A DNA stretch of 27,220 bases from an archaeon (GTDB lineage: Archaea; Iainarchaeota; Iainarchaeia; Iainarchaeales; 1-14-0-10-31-34): contig JBDRIL010000039.1 of NCBI GenBank assembly GCA_043815885.1, positions 1-27,220 on the forward strand. Reading direction: 5' to 3'. Positions 8,645-17,093 of the stretch are shown here, one piece after another. The notes under the pieces are model-generated. The model had not been told where the DNA came from, did no database searches, and saw nothing but the letters and a program-made list of their open reading frames with translations. The stretch's first letter is position 1. The number at the start of each line of letters is the position of its first letter. A program made the translations under genes and the position numbers.

Positions 8645-9100
8645 TCACCTATTTTTCAAGTCCCATTTATAGGGAATTTCCTTTGAATCAAATGGAATCC
8701 TGAATTCATCAGGCTTATCGTAATTATACAATTTATTTGGACAATTAATTATGTACGCTTCTTTTGCTCCGGTTGCCTTGAATCCGTGAGCAACACCAGC
8801 AGGAATTCTTAAGAGTATTGGATTGAGTTCTCCAATAAAGAATTCATTTACCTCTCCCTTTGTCTTTGAATTCTCTCTCCTGTCATAGAGAACCACTTTT
8901 GCCATTCCCTTAATACAAGAAAAGAAGTCAGTTTGTTTTTCATGGTAATGCCATGCCTTAACTGCTCCTGGATAAGCAACAGTAACATATACTTGACCGA
9001 ATTCTTCGAATAACTCGCCATCAGAACGAAGCAATTCCATCAAGAAACCCCTTTCGTCAGGAATCAGTCTAAGCTGTTTTACTCTTACTCCATCAATCAA
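8645..9100 (-). CDS. rfbC: dTDP-4-dehydrorhamnose 3,5-epimerase family (cupin)
   Basis: DERGFLME, KAWHYH, QTD, IPAGVAHGF. The likely start is TTG at 9100 behind a GGAGG RBS, not 9136. Confidence 0.88.
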   Translation of the reverse strand: MIDGVRVKQLRLIPDERGFLMELLRSDGELFEEFGQVYVTVAYPGAVKAWHYHEKQTDFFSCIKGMAKVVLYDRRENSKTKGEVNEFFIGELNPILLRIPAGVAHGFKATGAKEAYIINCPNKLYNYDKPDEFRIPFDSKEIPYKWDLKNR

Positions 9101-9157
9101 TTGAAAGCCTCCAGACAACCAATTACTATTAATCAAAGAAAAAGGTTATTAAGTTAA

Positions 9158-9207
9158 TTTAAAAACCAACGGTTTTTAAAGCTTTAAAAAAATCGAATTT
9201 TTTTAAA
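9158..9207. repeat. Tandem double inverted repeat between uxs and rfbC
   Basis: TTTAAAAACC-aac-GGTTTTTAAA (9158-9180), GC, TTTAAAAAAAT-cga-ATTTTTTTAAA (9183-9207). Confidence 0.7.
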
Positions 9208-9216
9208 TTAATTTTT

Positions 9217-10155
9217 TCATTCTAGTCTTGTACCAAAGTAGCTTATTGTCTGCTTTAATCCTTCTTCCAGTGAAACCACTGGCTTCCAATTCAATTCCTT
9301 TTCCGCTCTTGAGATGTCTGGTTTTCTTTGTTTTGGGTCATCAGAAGGAAGTTCCTCGAATACTATTTCTGAATTGCTTTTAGTTAATTGCTTTACTTTT
9401 TCAGCCAAATCAATCAGCTTCATTTCATTTGGATTGCCTAAATTAACTGGTTCAATGAAAGAAGAATTCATTAAATTGATTAATCCTTGCACCATGTCAG
9501 AGATAAAGCAGAAGCTTCTTGTCTGCTCTCCGTCTCCATAAACAGTTATTGGTTCTCCATTTAAAGCCTGAGTGATGAAGTTAGGGACAGCTCTGCCGTC
9601 TTCCTGCTGCATTCTCGGGCCATAGGTATTAAAGATTCTTGCAATTCTGGTGTCCAATTTATGTACTCTATTGTAAGTCATTACAAGTGATTCAGCAAAA
9701 CGCTTGGACTCATCATAGCAACTTCTGATTCCGATAGGATTAACATTCCCCCAGTAATCCTCTCTCTGGGGATGCTCCAATGGATCACCATATACCTCAG
9801 AAGTGGAAGTGTGAAGAAATCTGCTTTTGTTTTTTAAAGCCAAATCAAGGATTTGCTTTACTCCAACAGAACCAACCATTAAAGTCTCAATCGGTTTTTC
9901 TTGGTAGTCAAGAGGAGAGGCAATAGAGGCAAGGTTATAGATTTGGCTGAATGGCTTTTCCAAATCTGATTTATTGCAAATGTCTGCCTCAATTAATTCA
10001 AATAAATCGTTTTCCATTAATTCCTTAATGTTTTCTTTGGAGCCAGTAACGAAGTTATCAATACAGGTAACCTTATTTTCCTTTTTCACTAACCTTTCAC
10101 AGAGATGGCTTCCAATAAACCCTGCTCCGCCAGTAACAAGAATTCTTTTAGCCAA
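9217..10155 (-). CDS. uxs: UDP-glucuronate decarboxylase (UDP-xylose synthase)
   Basis: TGGAGFIGSHL, LASIASP, STSEVYGDP, EDYWGNVNPIGIRSCYDESKR, RIFNTYGPRM, DDPKQRKPDI. Confidence 0.92.
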   Translation of the reverse strand: MAKRILVTGGAGFIGSHLCERLVKKENKVTCIDNFVTGSKENIKELMENDLFELIEADICNKSDLEKPFSQIYNLASIASPLDYQEKPIETLMVGSVGVKQILDLALKNKSRFLHTSTSEVYGDPLEHPQREDYWGNVNPIGIRSCYDESKRFAESLVMTYNRVHKLDTRIARIFNTYGPRMQQEDGRAVPNFITQALNGEPITVYGDGEQTRSFCFISDMVQGLINLMNSSFIEPVNLGNPNEMKLIDLAEKVKQLTKSNSEIVFEELPSDDPKQRKPDISRAEKELNWKPVVSLEEGLKQTISYFGTRLE

Positions 10156-10170
10156 AAAAACCTTCTCCTT

Positions 10171-11043
10171 TCAAATAACTGACTTCAAGTAGGCTTTTAG
10201 TTCTTTACTTAAGTCCTTTCTATCCAAAGCGTATTCAATTACTGCCTTTAAGTAACTTAACCTGTCCCCAACAGTAAGCCATTTTCCATCAATCTCTTTT
10301 GCCATCATTTTCTCCATGTTATTGTAAATCCTTAAAGCATCAGTTAGCTGCAATTCATTTCCAATACCAAAAGGGGTTTCCTCCAGAATCTTAAAGATTC
10401 CGGGTTTTAAAATCAGTCTCCCTAAAACAGCAAGATTTGAAGGAGCTTCTTTCAGGGAAGGTTTTTCAATTAAGTCCTCAATCATTAAGTCATTATTGAC
10501 TTTCTTGTACTTAATTATTCCATACTTTGGAATGTCTTCGTCCGGAACAGCTGCCACGCCTATTACCCCAGAATTATGCCGTTCATATACTTCAATAAGC
10601 TGCTGTATTGCGGGTTTCTTGCTTAAAACCAAATCATCTCCATAAAACAATGCAAAAGGTTCGTTCCCGACATGCTTTTTGGCACAAAGGACAGCATGAC
10701 CTAACCCAAGAGGTTCTTTCTGCCTGATGTAATGAATGGAAGCCATATTCTCTATTTTCTCTAATTCACTCAATAAATCCATCTTGTTTCTTTCTCTCAG
10801 CATTGAATTCAATTCAACATTCTTATCAAAATGATCCTCAATCGCTCTCTTATCCCTTCCAGTGACAATCAATACATCATCAATTCCAGCTGAAACAGAT
10901 TCCTCAATCAAGTACTGCATTACAGGTTTATCCACTATCGGCAGCATTTCCTTTGGCTGGGCTTTTGTAGCTGGAAGGAACCTTGTCCCTAAACCAGCAG
11001 CAACAATAACTGTTTTCTTAATTGAAGATTCTTTTTTATCCAT
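10171..11043 (-). CDS. galU: UTP-glucose-1-phosphate uridylyltransferase
   Basis: AAGLGTRFLPATKAQPKEMLPIVDKP, IEDHFD, RQKEPLGLGHAV, EKP, ELQLTDA. Confidence 0.95.
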   Translation of the reverse strand: MDKKESSIKKTVIVAAGLGTRFLPATKAQPKEMLPIVDKPVMQYLIEESVSAGIDDVLIVTGRDKRAIEDHFDKNVELNSMLRERNKMDLLSELEKIENMASIHYIRQKEPLGLGHAVLCAKKHVGNEPFALFYGDDLVLSKKPAIQQLIEVYERHNSGVIGVAAVPDEDIPKYGIIKYKKVNNDLMIEDLIEKPSLKEAPSNLAVLGRLILKPGIFKILEETPFGIGNELQLTDALRIYNNMEKMMAKEIDGKWLTVGDRLSYLKAVIEYALDRKDLSKELKAYLKSVI

Positions 11044-11049
11044 AAAATA

Positions 11050-12321
11050 TCACCAACAAATTCCTTCATAATTTTTTGGGCTTGCTTTATTTTTAAAGAT
11101 ATTCCTTCCATCAAAAACCTTTTTATCCTTGAAATCCAATTTAGAGAAGTGCTCCCACTCAGTTAAAATAAAGATTATCTCGCTCTCATCAACAAGCTTT
11201 TGGGCTGAATCAAAGTAATTTACTTCAGAAAAAATCCTTTTCATGTTTTCCTCTGCTTTTGGATCGTGGGCAAGAACCTTTGCCTCCTCCTTCAATAATT
11301 CATTAATCACTGGAATGGCTCGGCTTTCGCGAACATCATCTGTTCCAGGTTTAAAAGCTAAACCCAGTATTCCAACCTTTTTGTTTTTCAATTCTGTTTT
11401 CTTTTTGGCTAATTCAATTAACTTTGAAGGCTGTCTCTCATTTACCTCTATAACTGAATCCAATAAAGGAGAGCCAACTCCAACCTCCCTTGCCTTTGAG
11501 GCAAGAGCCCTAACGTCTTTCGGGAAACAGCTTCCACCAAAACCAATCCCTGCATTAAGGAAGAAAGGAGAAATCCTTTTATCCATTCCAACCCCCTCAG
11601 CAACATTATAGGTATTAATGCCTAACTTCTTGCAGAGGTTCCCAATTTCATTAATAAAGGAAATTTTTGTTGAAAGAAAGGAATTGCTTGCATACTTAAT
11701 CATTTCAGCCTCAGAAAAAGAGGTAAAGAGAATCTTTGAATTAAAAGAAGAGTAAATTGAATTCATTATTTCCCTGGTTTTTTCATCGCTTGTTCCACAT
11801 ACAATCCTGTCAGGTTTCAAGAAATCCTCTAAAGCGAAACCCTCTCTCAAAAATTCAGGATTCATGCACAAACCAAAATCCTTTCCGCACTTTTTTCCAG
11901 AAGCTTCTTCCAGTAAAGGAAGAACGATTTTTTCAGTTGTAGTGGGAACAACAGTACTCTTCACTACAACTACGTGGAAGGAATTATTTTCCTTTAAAGC
12001 AGAACCAATCGATTTTACAACTGCTTCCACCGCATTCAGATTGCATTTTCCTTCTTCATCGCAAGGAGTTCCAACGCAAACAAAACTCGCATCAGAATTT
12101 AAGACAGCTTCTTTCAATCCAGTTGAAGCCCTCAGTTTTTCTGGAACGAGTTTCTTCAATGCCTCCTCCAAACCGAGTTCATAAATAGGGGGCTTTGCTG
12201 AATTAATTAATTCAACTTTCTTTGCGTCATTATCAATGCACTCAACTTCATGGCCGTTTAAGGCTAAGCCTACACCGCTTATTAAACCAACATAACCAGA
12301 ACCAATTACTGCCAGCTTCAT
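11050..12321 (-). CDS. ugd: UDP-glucose 6-dehydrogenase
   Basis: GSGYVG, CVGTP, KSTV, NPEFLREG, IKYASN, GFGGSCFPKD (catalytic Cys), AFKPGTDDVRES. Confidence 0.93.
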   Translation of the reverse strand: MKLAVIGSGYVGLISGVGLALNGHEVECIDNDAKKVELINSAKPPIYELGLEEALKKLVPEKLRASTGLKEAVLNSDASFVCVGTPCDEEGKCNLNAVEAVVKSIGSALKENNSFHVVVVKSTVVPTTTEKIVLPLLEEASGKKCGKDFGLCMNPEFLREGFALEDFLKPDRIVCGTSDEKTREIMNSIYSSFNSKILFTSFSEAEMIKYASNSFLSTKISFINEIGNLCKKLGINTYNVAEGVGMDKRISPFFLNAGIGFGGSCFPKDVRALASKAREVGVGSPLLDSVIEVNERQPSKLIELAKKKTELKNKKVGILGLAFKPGTDDVRESRAIPVINELLKEEAKVLAHDPKAEENMKRIFSEVNYFDSAQKLVDESEIIFILTEWEHFSKLDFKDKKVFDGRNIFKNKASPKNYEGICW

Positions 12322-12353
12322 ATCAACACAATATAAAGGAATAAAGAGAAATG

Positions 12354-12396
12354 TTTAAAAATAATAACAAGTAATACATAGTATGATAAAGTATGA
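12354..12396 (+). promoter_or_regulatory. TATA-like box plus 10-bp-phased AGTA(T/A)(G/T)A repeats upstream of RHH-NTase 1
   Basis: TTTAAAAA at 12354; AGTAATA 12370, AGTATGA 12380, AGTATGA 12390. No RBS, so the transcript may be leaderless. Confidence 0.45.
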
Positions 12397-13208
12397 GGAA
12401 CAGAGTTACCATTACAATTAAGGAGGATTTATTGGAGCAAGTGGACAGGCTTGTGGATGGGTTAACAATCAGAAGCAGGAGCCAGGCAATCGAGTATTTG
12501 CTGAGTAAATTCCTTTCCGATTTCAAGCTGAAGAACGCTTTAGTATTGGCCGGAGGAAAGGATTCACGGATGTTTCCTTTGACGAAAAACAAGCCTAAAT
12601 TCATTCTCAGGATAAAAGAAAAAACACTTCTTGAGCATGTAATGGATTATATTAATGGATTCAATGTAAGCAATTTCTTTGTGTATGTGGATTATTTTAA
12701 GGAAAAAATAAGGGAAGAATTGAATGGAATCAATGAGTATAATGTTAACTTCATTGAATCAGATAAATCAAAGGGAACAATTGAGCCATTGCTGAGGGCA
12801 AAGAGTTTCTTCAAGGACACTTTTTTGGTTGTGAATGGAGACACAATCAGTTCAGTTAACCTGAATGAAATGCTCTTGTTTCACAAAAAGAATAAATCCA
12901 TTGCAACCATTGCACTCACCACTGTAAGCAATCCAAAGGATTATGGTGTTGCAATGCTTCAGGGAGACAAGGTAAATGAATTCAAGGAAAAACCCAAAAA
13001 AGAGGCAGGAAGTTATTTGGTCAGCGCGGGATACTATATCTTTGAACCAGAAATCTTCAAGTATATCTCAAGGGAAATGAAGAGCATGGAAAAGGAATTA
13101 TTTCCGAAACTGGCGGAAAAGGGGCTGCTTTATGGTTATCCATTCCAGGGAATATACATTAATGTGAATACAGTTGAAGACTTTGAAAAAGCGAAAAGAA
13201 TTCTATAA
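12393..13208 (+). CDS. Ribbon-helix-helix domain fused to a sugar-phosphate nucleotidyltransferase-like domain (copy 1, degenerate motifs)
   Basis: N-terminal RVTITIKEDLLEQVDRLV...RSRSQAIEYLL (RHH pattern), then LAGGKDSRMFPLT..KPK, VVNGD, FKEKP, SAGYYIF. Confidence 0.85.
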   Translation: MRNRVTITIKEDLLEQVDRLVDGLTIRSRSQAIEYLLSKFLSDFKLKNALVLAGGKDSRMFPLTKNKPKFILRIKEKTLLEHVMDYINGFNVSNFFVYVDYFKEKIREELNGINEYNVNFIESDKSKGTIEPLLRAKSFFKDTFLVVNGDTISSVNLNEMLLFHKKNKSIATIALTTVSNPKDYGVAMLQGDKVNEFKEKPKKEAGSYLVSAGYYIFEPEIFKYISREMKSMEKELFPKLAEKGLLYGYPFQGIYINVNTVEDFEKAKRIL

Positions 13209-13213
13209 AAAAA

Positions 13214-13804
13214 TTATCTCATTTTTTTTCTTATAATTCTATTAACTAATTTTATCACAATTGGGGGTTTTCTCTTAAATAATTTTATCAGAGTTCTTGG
13301 GATTTCTGTTTTTTTAATATCATTCCAGAATATTTTTATCTCGAGTTTCCGCACTGCCTCTCTATAAGAACATGGTTTTGTTTTACTAATTCCTGCTTTT
13401 CCCAGGTGTTTCACTGCTTTGCTAGAGCCAAGATTAACAAATTCTAATTGAGGATGTCTTTTTTTCATTTCTCTTATTACAATTAAATCAAGTTTACTAG
13501 CAATACCCTTATGATTAAAAATCCCGTTAGGAGCATTAGAAAAATGGTGACTGTATACCCATTCCACGGTTTTTTCCCCCTCGGAAAACTTAAGCGTGAC
13601 AAACCCAATATATCTTTTAAAACTTTGTGGGTTTTTTAAACGCTTGGCGTATTCACTTATTGCTTGTCTTATTTGAGGCGTGGAAATAAAATCTTCAGAA
13701 GGGATTCCTTTCCCAACAGTAAAAGAAACATTTAACATATCATAAATACAATGATTCGGTTTGCGATACTCAATTCTTATGCCAGGCACTTCTTTTTTTC
13801 CCAC
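13214..13804 (-). CDS. Hypothetical basic protein (orphan)
   Basis: 196-aa ORF (GTG start) that exactly fills the gap. No family recognised. Confidence 0.55.
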   Translation of the reverse strand: MGKKEVPGIRIEYRKPNHCIYDMLNVSFTVGKGIPSEDFISTPQIRQAISEYAKRLKNPQSFKRYIGFVTLKFSEGEKTVEWVYSHHFSNAPNGIFNHKGIASKLDLIVIREMKKRHPQLEFVNLGSSKAVKHLGKAGISKTKPCSYREAVRKLEIKIFWNDIKKTEIPRTLIKLFKRKPPIVIKLVNRIIRKKMR

Positions 13805-13822
13805 AATAAAAGAAAGTCTTTT

Positions 13823-14645
13823 CTAGTATAAAACCCTTTGCACTAATTTTTTTTCTTCAAGGATTTCTTCTACTGTAATATTCTTGAAGTGTTCAAGGAT
13901 AATTGGAAGCTGTTTTAGGTTTGGAATGTCTTGAATGAGTTTTAAATCTTCTTTTTTTGCCGGGAGATGGATATTGGAATCGGCTGGAACGTGCAAGTGG
14001 ATTTGGGTTATTTTTTCCTTTAATTCAAGGAGAGAATTAATTGTATTGTCGGCAATTGCGTGGCCTAAATCGAAAAGTAAGCTGAGAGAAGGGAATTGAT
14101 TGAAGATTTTCTGGAAGTCGTTTCCCGTGACTAAGGCGTTGTCTTCATTGGAGTCAATGTTTTCAATTGCAATCTTTATTCCAATGGAATTATTTTTTTT
14201 TTACAACGTAATCAAGGACTTCCAGCAATTTTTTTGTGGCTTTTTCTTTGTTGAGTTTTTTGGCCAAGACAGCTTCAGCATAGCCTTTTGGATTTTTCCT
14301 GTATTCCACGACTCCTAAAAAACCTGGATGGAAGCTGATTATTTCTGCTTCAAGTATTTCTGCTGCCCTGAATAAATTATCAATTACTTTTTTGTTCCGA
14401 GGGGTTAAGCCGAGAGCGGGATTGAACCAGAAGTTTTCTTTCCATGGAGGAAACAATCCATGGATAGTGAATTGCAGTTCAGGAAAATCTTTTTTGATTT
14501 TTTTTGTGGTTTCAAAAAGGTTTTCCTCGAATTTGTGGGCTGCGCCTATTTCAGCTAAATTAAAGCCTAGTTCACTGATGTTTTTGACTGAATCATAGAT
14601 GGAAAAGTTTTTTGAAGCAAAATAGCTTGAGCTTAAGCCAATCAA
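13823..14645 (-). pseudogene. Sugar phosphate isomerase/epimerase (xylose-isomerase-like/AP endonuclease 2 TIM barrel), frameshifted at an A10 tract
   Basis: The 5' part has AEIG, TIHG and SFHPG. After the A10 run (14193-14202) a second frame gives KIAIEN, LLFDLGH, IHLH, HLP, IILEH and ends at TAG 13823. An A9 tract would restore a 273-aa ORF. Confidence 0.85.
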
Positions 14646-14680
14646 TTTGTTTCACCTTCAAAAGAAAGAAATACGGAGTA

Positions 14681-14714
14681 TTTAAAAAATTATATATTTC
14701 ATAATACTTATGAA
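14681..14714 (+). promoter_or_regulatory. TATA-like box and 7-bp inverted repeat upstream of RHH-NTase 2
   Basis: TTTAAAAA at 14681; TTCATAA-tac-TTATGAA at 14698-14714, 5 nt before the ATG. Confidence 0.5.
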
Positions 14715-14719
14715 TTTTT

Positions 14720-15565
14720 ATGAAGGAAAAAGGGAGAAAAGAGCGAGCCACAATTAACATTGATTCTTCTTTGCTTTCAAGGGTGGATTTGCTTGTTGAT
14801 GGGCAAAAGATAAGAAACAGGAGCCATGCAGTTGAATCACTTATCACTAAAGCTTTGAGCAAACAGGGAATTACTACTGCTTTTGTATTGGTTGGAGGAA
14901 AGGGAACAAGGTTAAGGCCTTTAACGAATAAAGTGCCTAAACCAATGATTCCAGTGAAAGGCAAACCAATACTCCAATACGTAATAGAGTTACTTAAAAA
15001 ACACGAGGTAAACAATATTGTTCTGGCTGTAGGCCATATGAATGAAAAGATTCAGGAATACTTTGGGGATGGGAGAAGGTTTGGAGTGAATATTGAATAT
15101 GTTCTGGAAGAAAAGCCTTTAGGGACAGGCGGGCCGTTAAGGCTGGCAAAAGATTTCCTGAAAAAAGAATTCTTTATGTTCAATGGAGACAATCTGACTA
15201 ATATTGATTTGCTTGATATGTATTCATTCCATAAAAAGAATAATGCGTTTTGCACGATTGCTTTAAAGGCAGTGGAAGACGCCTCGCATTTTGGGGTAGT
15301 GGAAGTGCAGGGAAATAAAGTAGTGAAGTTTATTGAGAAACCAAAGAAGCCAAAATCCAATTTAATTAATCCTGGAACATATATACTGAATCCAGAGATA
15401 ATAGAAATGATTCCGAAAGGATTTTCATTGATAGAGGAAGCAGTGTTTCCTAAACTGGCAAAGGAAGGAAAACTGTACGGATATATTTACAATGGCCAGT
15501 GGTTTCCGACTGACACAATGGAGAGATATGAAAAAGCAAAAAGAGAATGGAATGGAATAAATTAA
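14720..15565 (+). CDS. Ribbon-helix-helix domain fused to a sugar-phosphate nucleotidyltransferase (copy 2; mannose-1-P/heptose-1-P guanylyltransferase-like)
   Basis: RATINIDSSLLSRVDLLVDGQKIRNRSHAVESLI, then LVGGKGTRLRPLT..PKPM, EEKPLGTGG, NGD, FIEKP, INPGTYIL. Confidence 0.87.
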   Translation: MKEKGRKERATINIDSSLLSRVDLLVDGQKIRNRSHAVESLITKALSKQGITTAFVLVGGKGTRLRPLTNKVPKPMIPVKGKPILQYVIELLKKHEVNNIVLAVGHMNEKIQEYFGDGRRFGVNIEYVLEEKPLGTGGPLRLAKDFLKKEFFMFNGDNLTNIDLLDMYSFHKKNNAFCTIALKAVEDASHFGVVEVQGNKVVKFIEKPKKPKSNLINPGTYILNPEIIEMIPKGFSLIEEAVFPKLAKEGKLYGYIYNGQWFPTDTMERYEKAKREWNGIN

Positions 15566-15577
15566 GGAGGGGAAAAA

Positions 15578-16567
15578 ATGAAAAGAGTGTTGATAACAGG
15601 AATAAATGGTTTTGTTGGAAGCCATTTAAGTGAATTCATTCTGGACAATGACTTAGGAGAGGTTTACGGAACAGTAAGAACCACAAATGAAAGCATGAGA
15701 AACATTCACCAGATAATGAACAAAATAAACCTGATTAACTGTGATATAACTGATTTTCATTCAATTGACAGAGTGATAGAGGATGTCTGTCCTGACTATA
15801 TTTTTCATTTGGCTGCACAGGCATTTGTTCCAAGCAGCTGGAAGGCGCCGGTAGAAACAATTAACACTAACGTGATTGGTTCACTGAATTTATTTGAGGC
15901 AGTGAGAAAGAATGAATGCAATCCAACAGTACAGATTGCAGGAAGCAGTGAAGAGTATGGAATGGTTTACGAGAACGAAGTTCCAATAAAGGAAGACAAT
16001 CCTTTAAGGCCTTTAAGCCCTTATGGGGTTAGCAAGGTAGCAATGGATTTACTGGGGTACCAGTACAATAAAAGCTATGGATTGAAAATTATCAGGACAA
16101 GAGGATTCAATCATACCGGACCAAGAAGAGGAGAAGCTTATGTCTGCAGTAACTGGAGCCAACAGATTGCAGAAATAGAGGTGAAGGGAAAGGAACCATC
16201 AATTTATGTAGGCAATCTTGAATCAAAGAGAGACTTTACCGATGTAAGGGACATGGTGAAAGGATACTGGACTGCAGTAGAGAAATGCACTCCAGGGGAA
16301 GCATACAATCTCTCTTCCCAAAAGACATGGAAAATGAAGGAAGTACTGGATTTATTGCTGGGAATGAGCAAGAAGAAAATAGCAGTAAAGCAGGATCCGG
16401 CAAGAATGCGTCCAAGCGATGTCCCAATTCTATTGGGGGACAGCACTAAATTCAGGGAAAAAACCGGGTGGAAAAATGAAATTCCGTTTGAAAAAACATT
16501 AAAGGATACATTGGATTACTGGAGAGATAAGGTAAAGAAAAGGGTGAGGAATGAAAAGGATGAATGA
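15578..16567 (+). CDS. gmd: GDP-mannose 4,6-dehydratase family extended SDR
   Basis: LITGINGFVG, FHLAAQAFVPSSW, GSSEEYG, PLSPYGVSK, FNHTGPRRG, GNLESKRDF, RMRPSDV. A reductase (Rmd-type) function is not excluded. Confidence 0.75.
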   Translation: MKRVLITGINGFVGSHLSEFILDNDLGEVYGTVRTTNESMRNIHQIMNKINLINCDITDFHSIDRVIEDVCPDYIFHLAAQAFVPSSWKAPVETINTNVIGSLNLFEAVRKNECNPTVQIAGSSEEYGMVYENEVPIKEDNPLRPLSPYGVSKVAMDLLGYQYNKSYGLKIIRTRGFNHTGPRRGEAYVCSNWSQQIAEIEVKGKEPSIYVGNLESKRDFTDVRDMVKGYWTAVEKCTPGEAYNLSSQKTWKMKEVLDLLLGMSKKKIAVKQDPARMRPSDVPILLGDSTKFREKTGWKNEIPFEKTLKDTLDYWRDKVKKRVRNEKDE

Positions 16568-17090
16568 AGAAGAATTAAAGGAAAAAATAAGGAATGTTCC
16601 TGATTTCCCAAAAAAAGGAATTGTTTTCAGGGACATTACTACATTGCTTCAGGATCCAAAGGCATTAAAGCTATCAATAAGGGAAATGCTTAAGAGAGTG
16701 GAAGGAAAAAAAATTGATGTAGTTATTGGAGCGGAATCAAGGGGATTCATTTTTGGTTCTCTTATAGCCTATGAATTAGGGGTTCCGTTTGTTCCTGTAA
16801 GGAAGCCAGGCAAACTTCCATTCAAAAAAATAAAAAAGGAATTCCAGACAGAGTATTCAACTGATTCACTTGAAATCCATGTGGATGCAATCAAGAAAGG
16901 AGATAATGTATTAATTGCAGACGACCTGCTTGCAACAGGAGGCACATCCAAAGCAATCTGTGAATTAGTTGAAGAGTTAGAAGGAAATGTTGTGGCATTA
17001 ATTTTTTTAATTGAATTGAGTTTCCTGAAAGGAAGAGAGAAAATAAAGGATTATGAAGTTTTTTCCCTGGTTGATTACGAGAGTGAATGA
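16551..17090 (+). CDS. apt: Adenine phosphoribosyltransferase
   Basis: PDFPKKGIVFRDIT, ESRGFIFG, RKPGKLP, ADDLLATGGT. The start may be ATG 16560. Confidence 0.95.
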   Translation: MKRMNEEELKEKIRNVPDFPKKGIVFRDITTLLQDPKALKLSIREMLKRVEGKKIDVVIGAESRGFIFGSLIAYELGVPFVPVRKPGKLPFKKIKKEFQTEYSTDSLEIHVDAIKKGDNVLIADDLLATGGTSKAICELVEELEGNVVALIFLIELSFLKGREKIKDYEVFSLVDYESE

Positions 17091-17093
17091 AAA

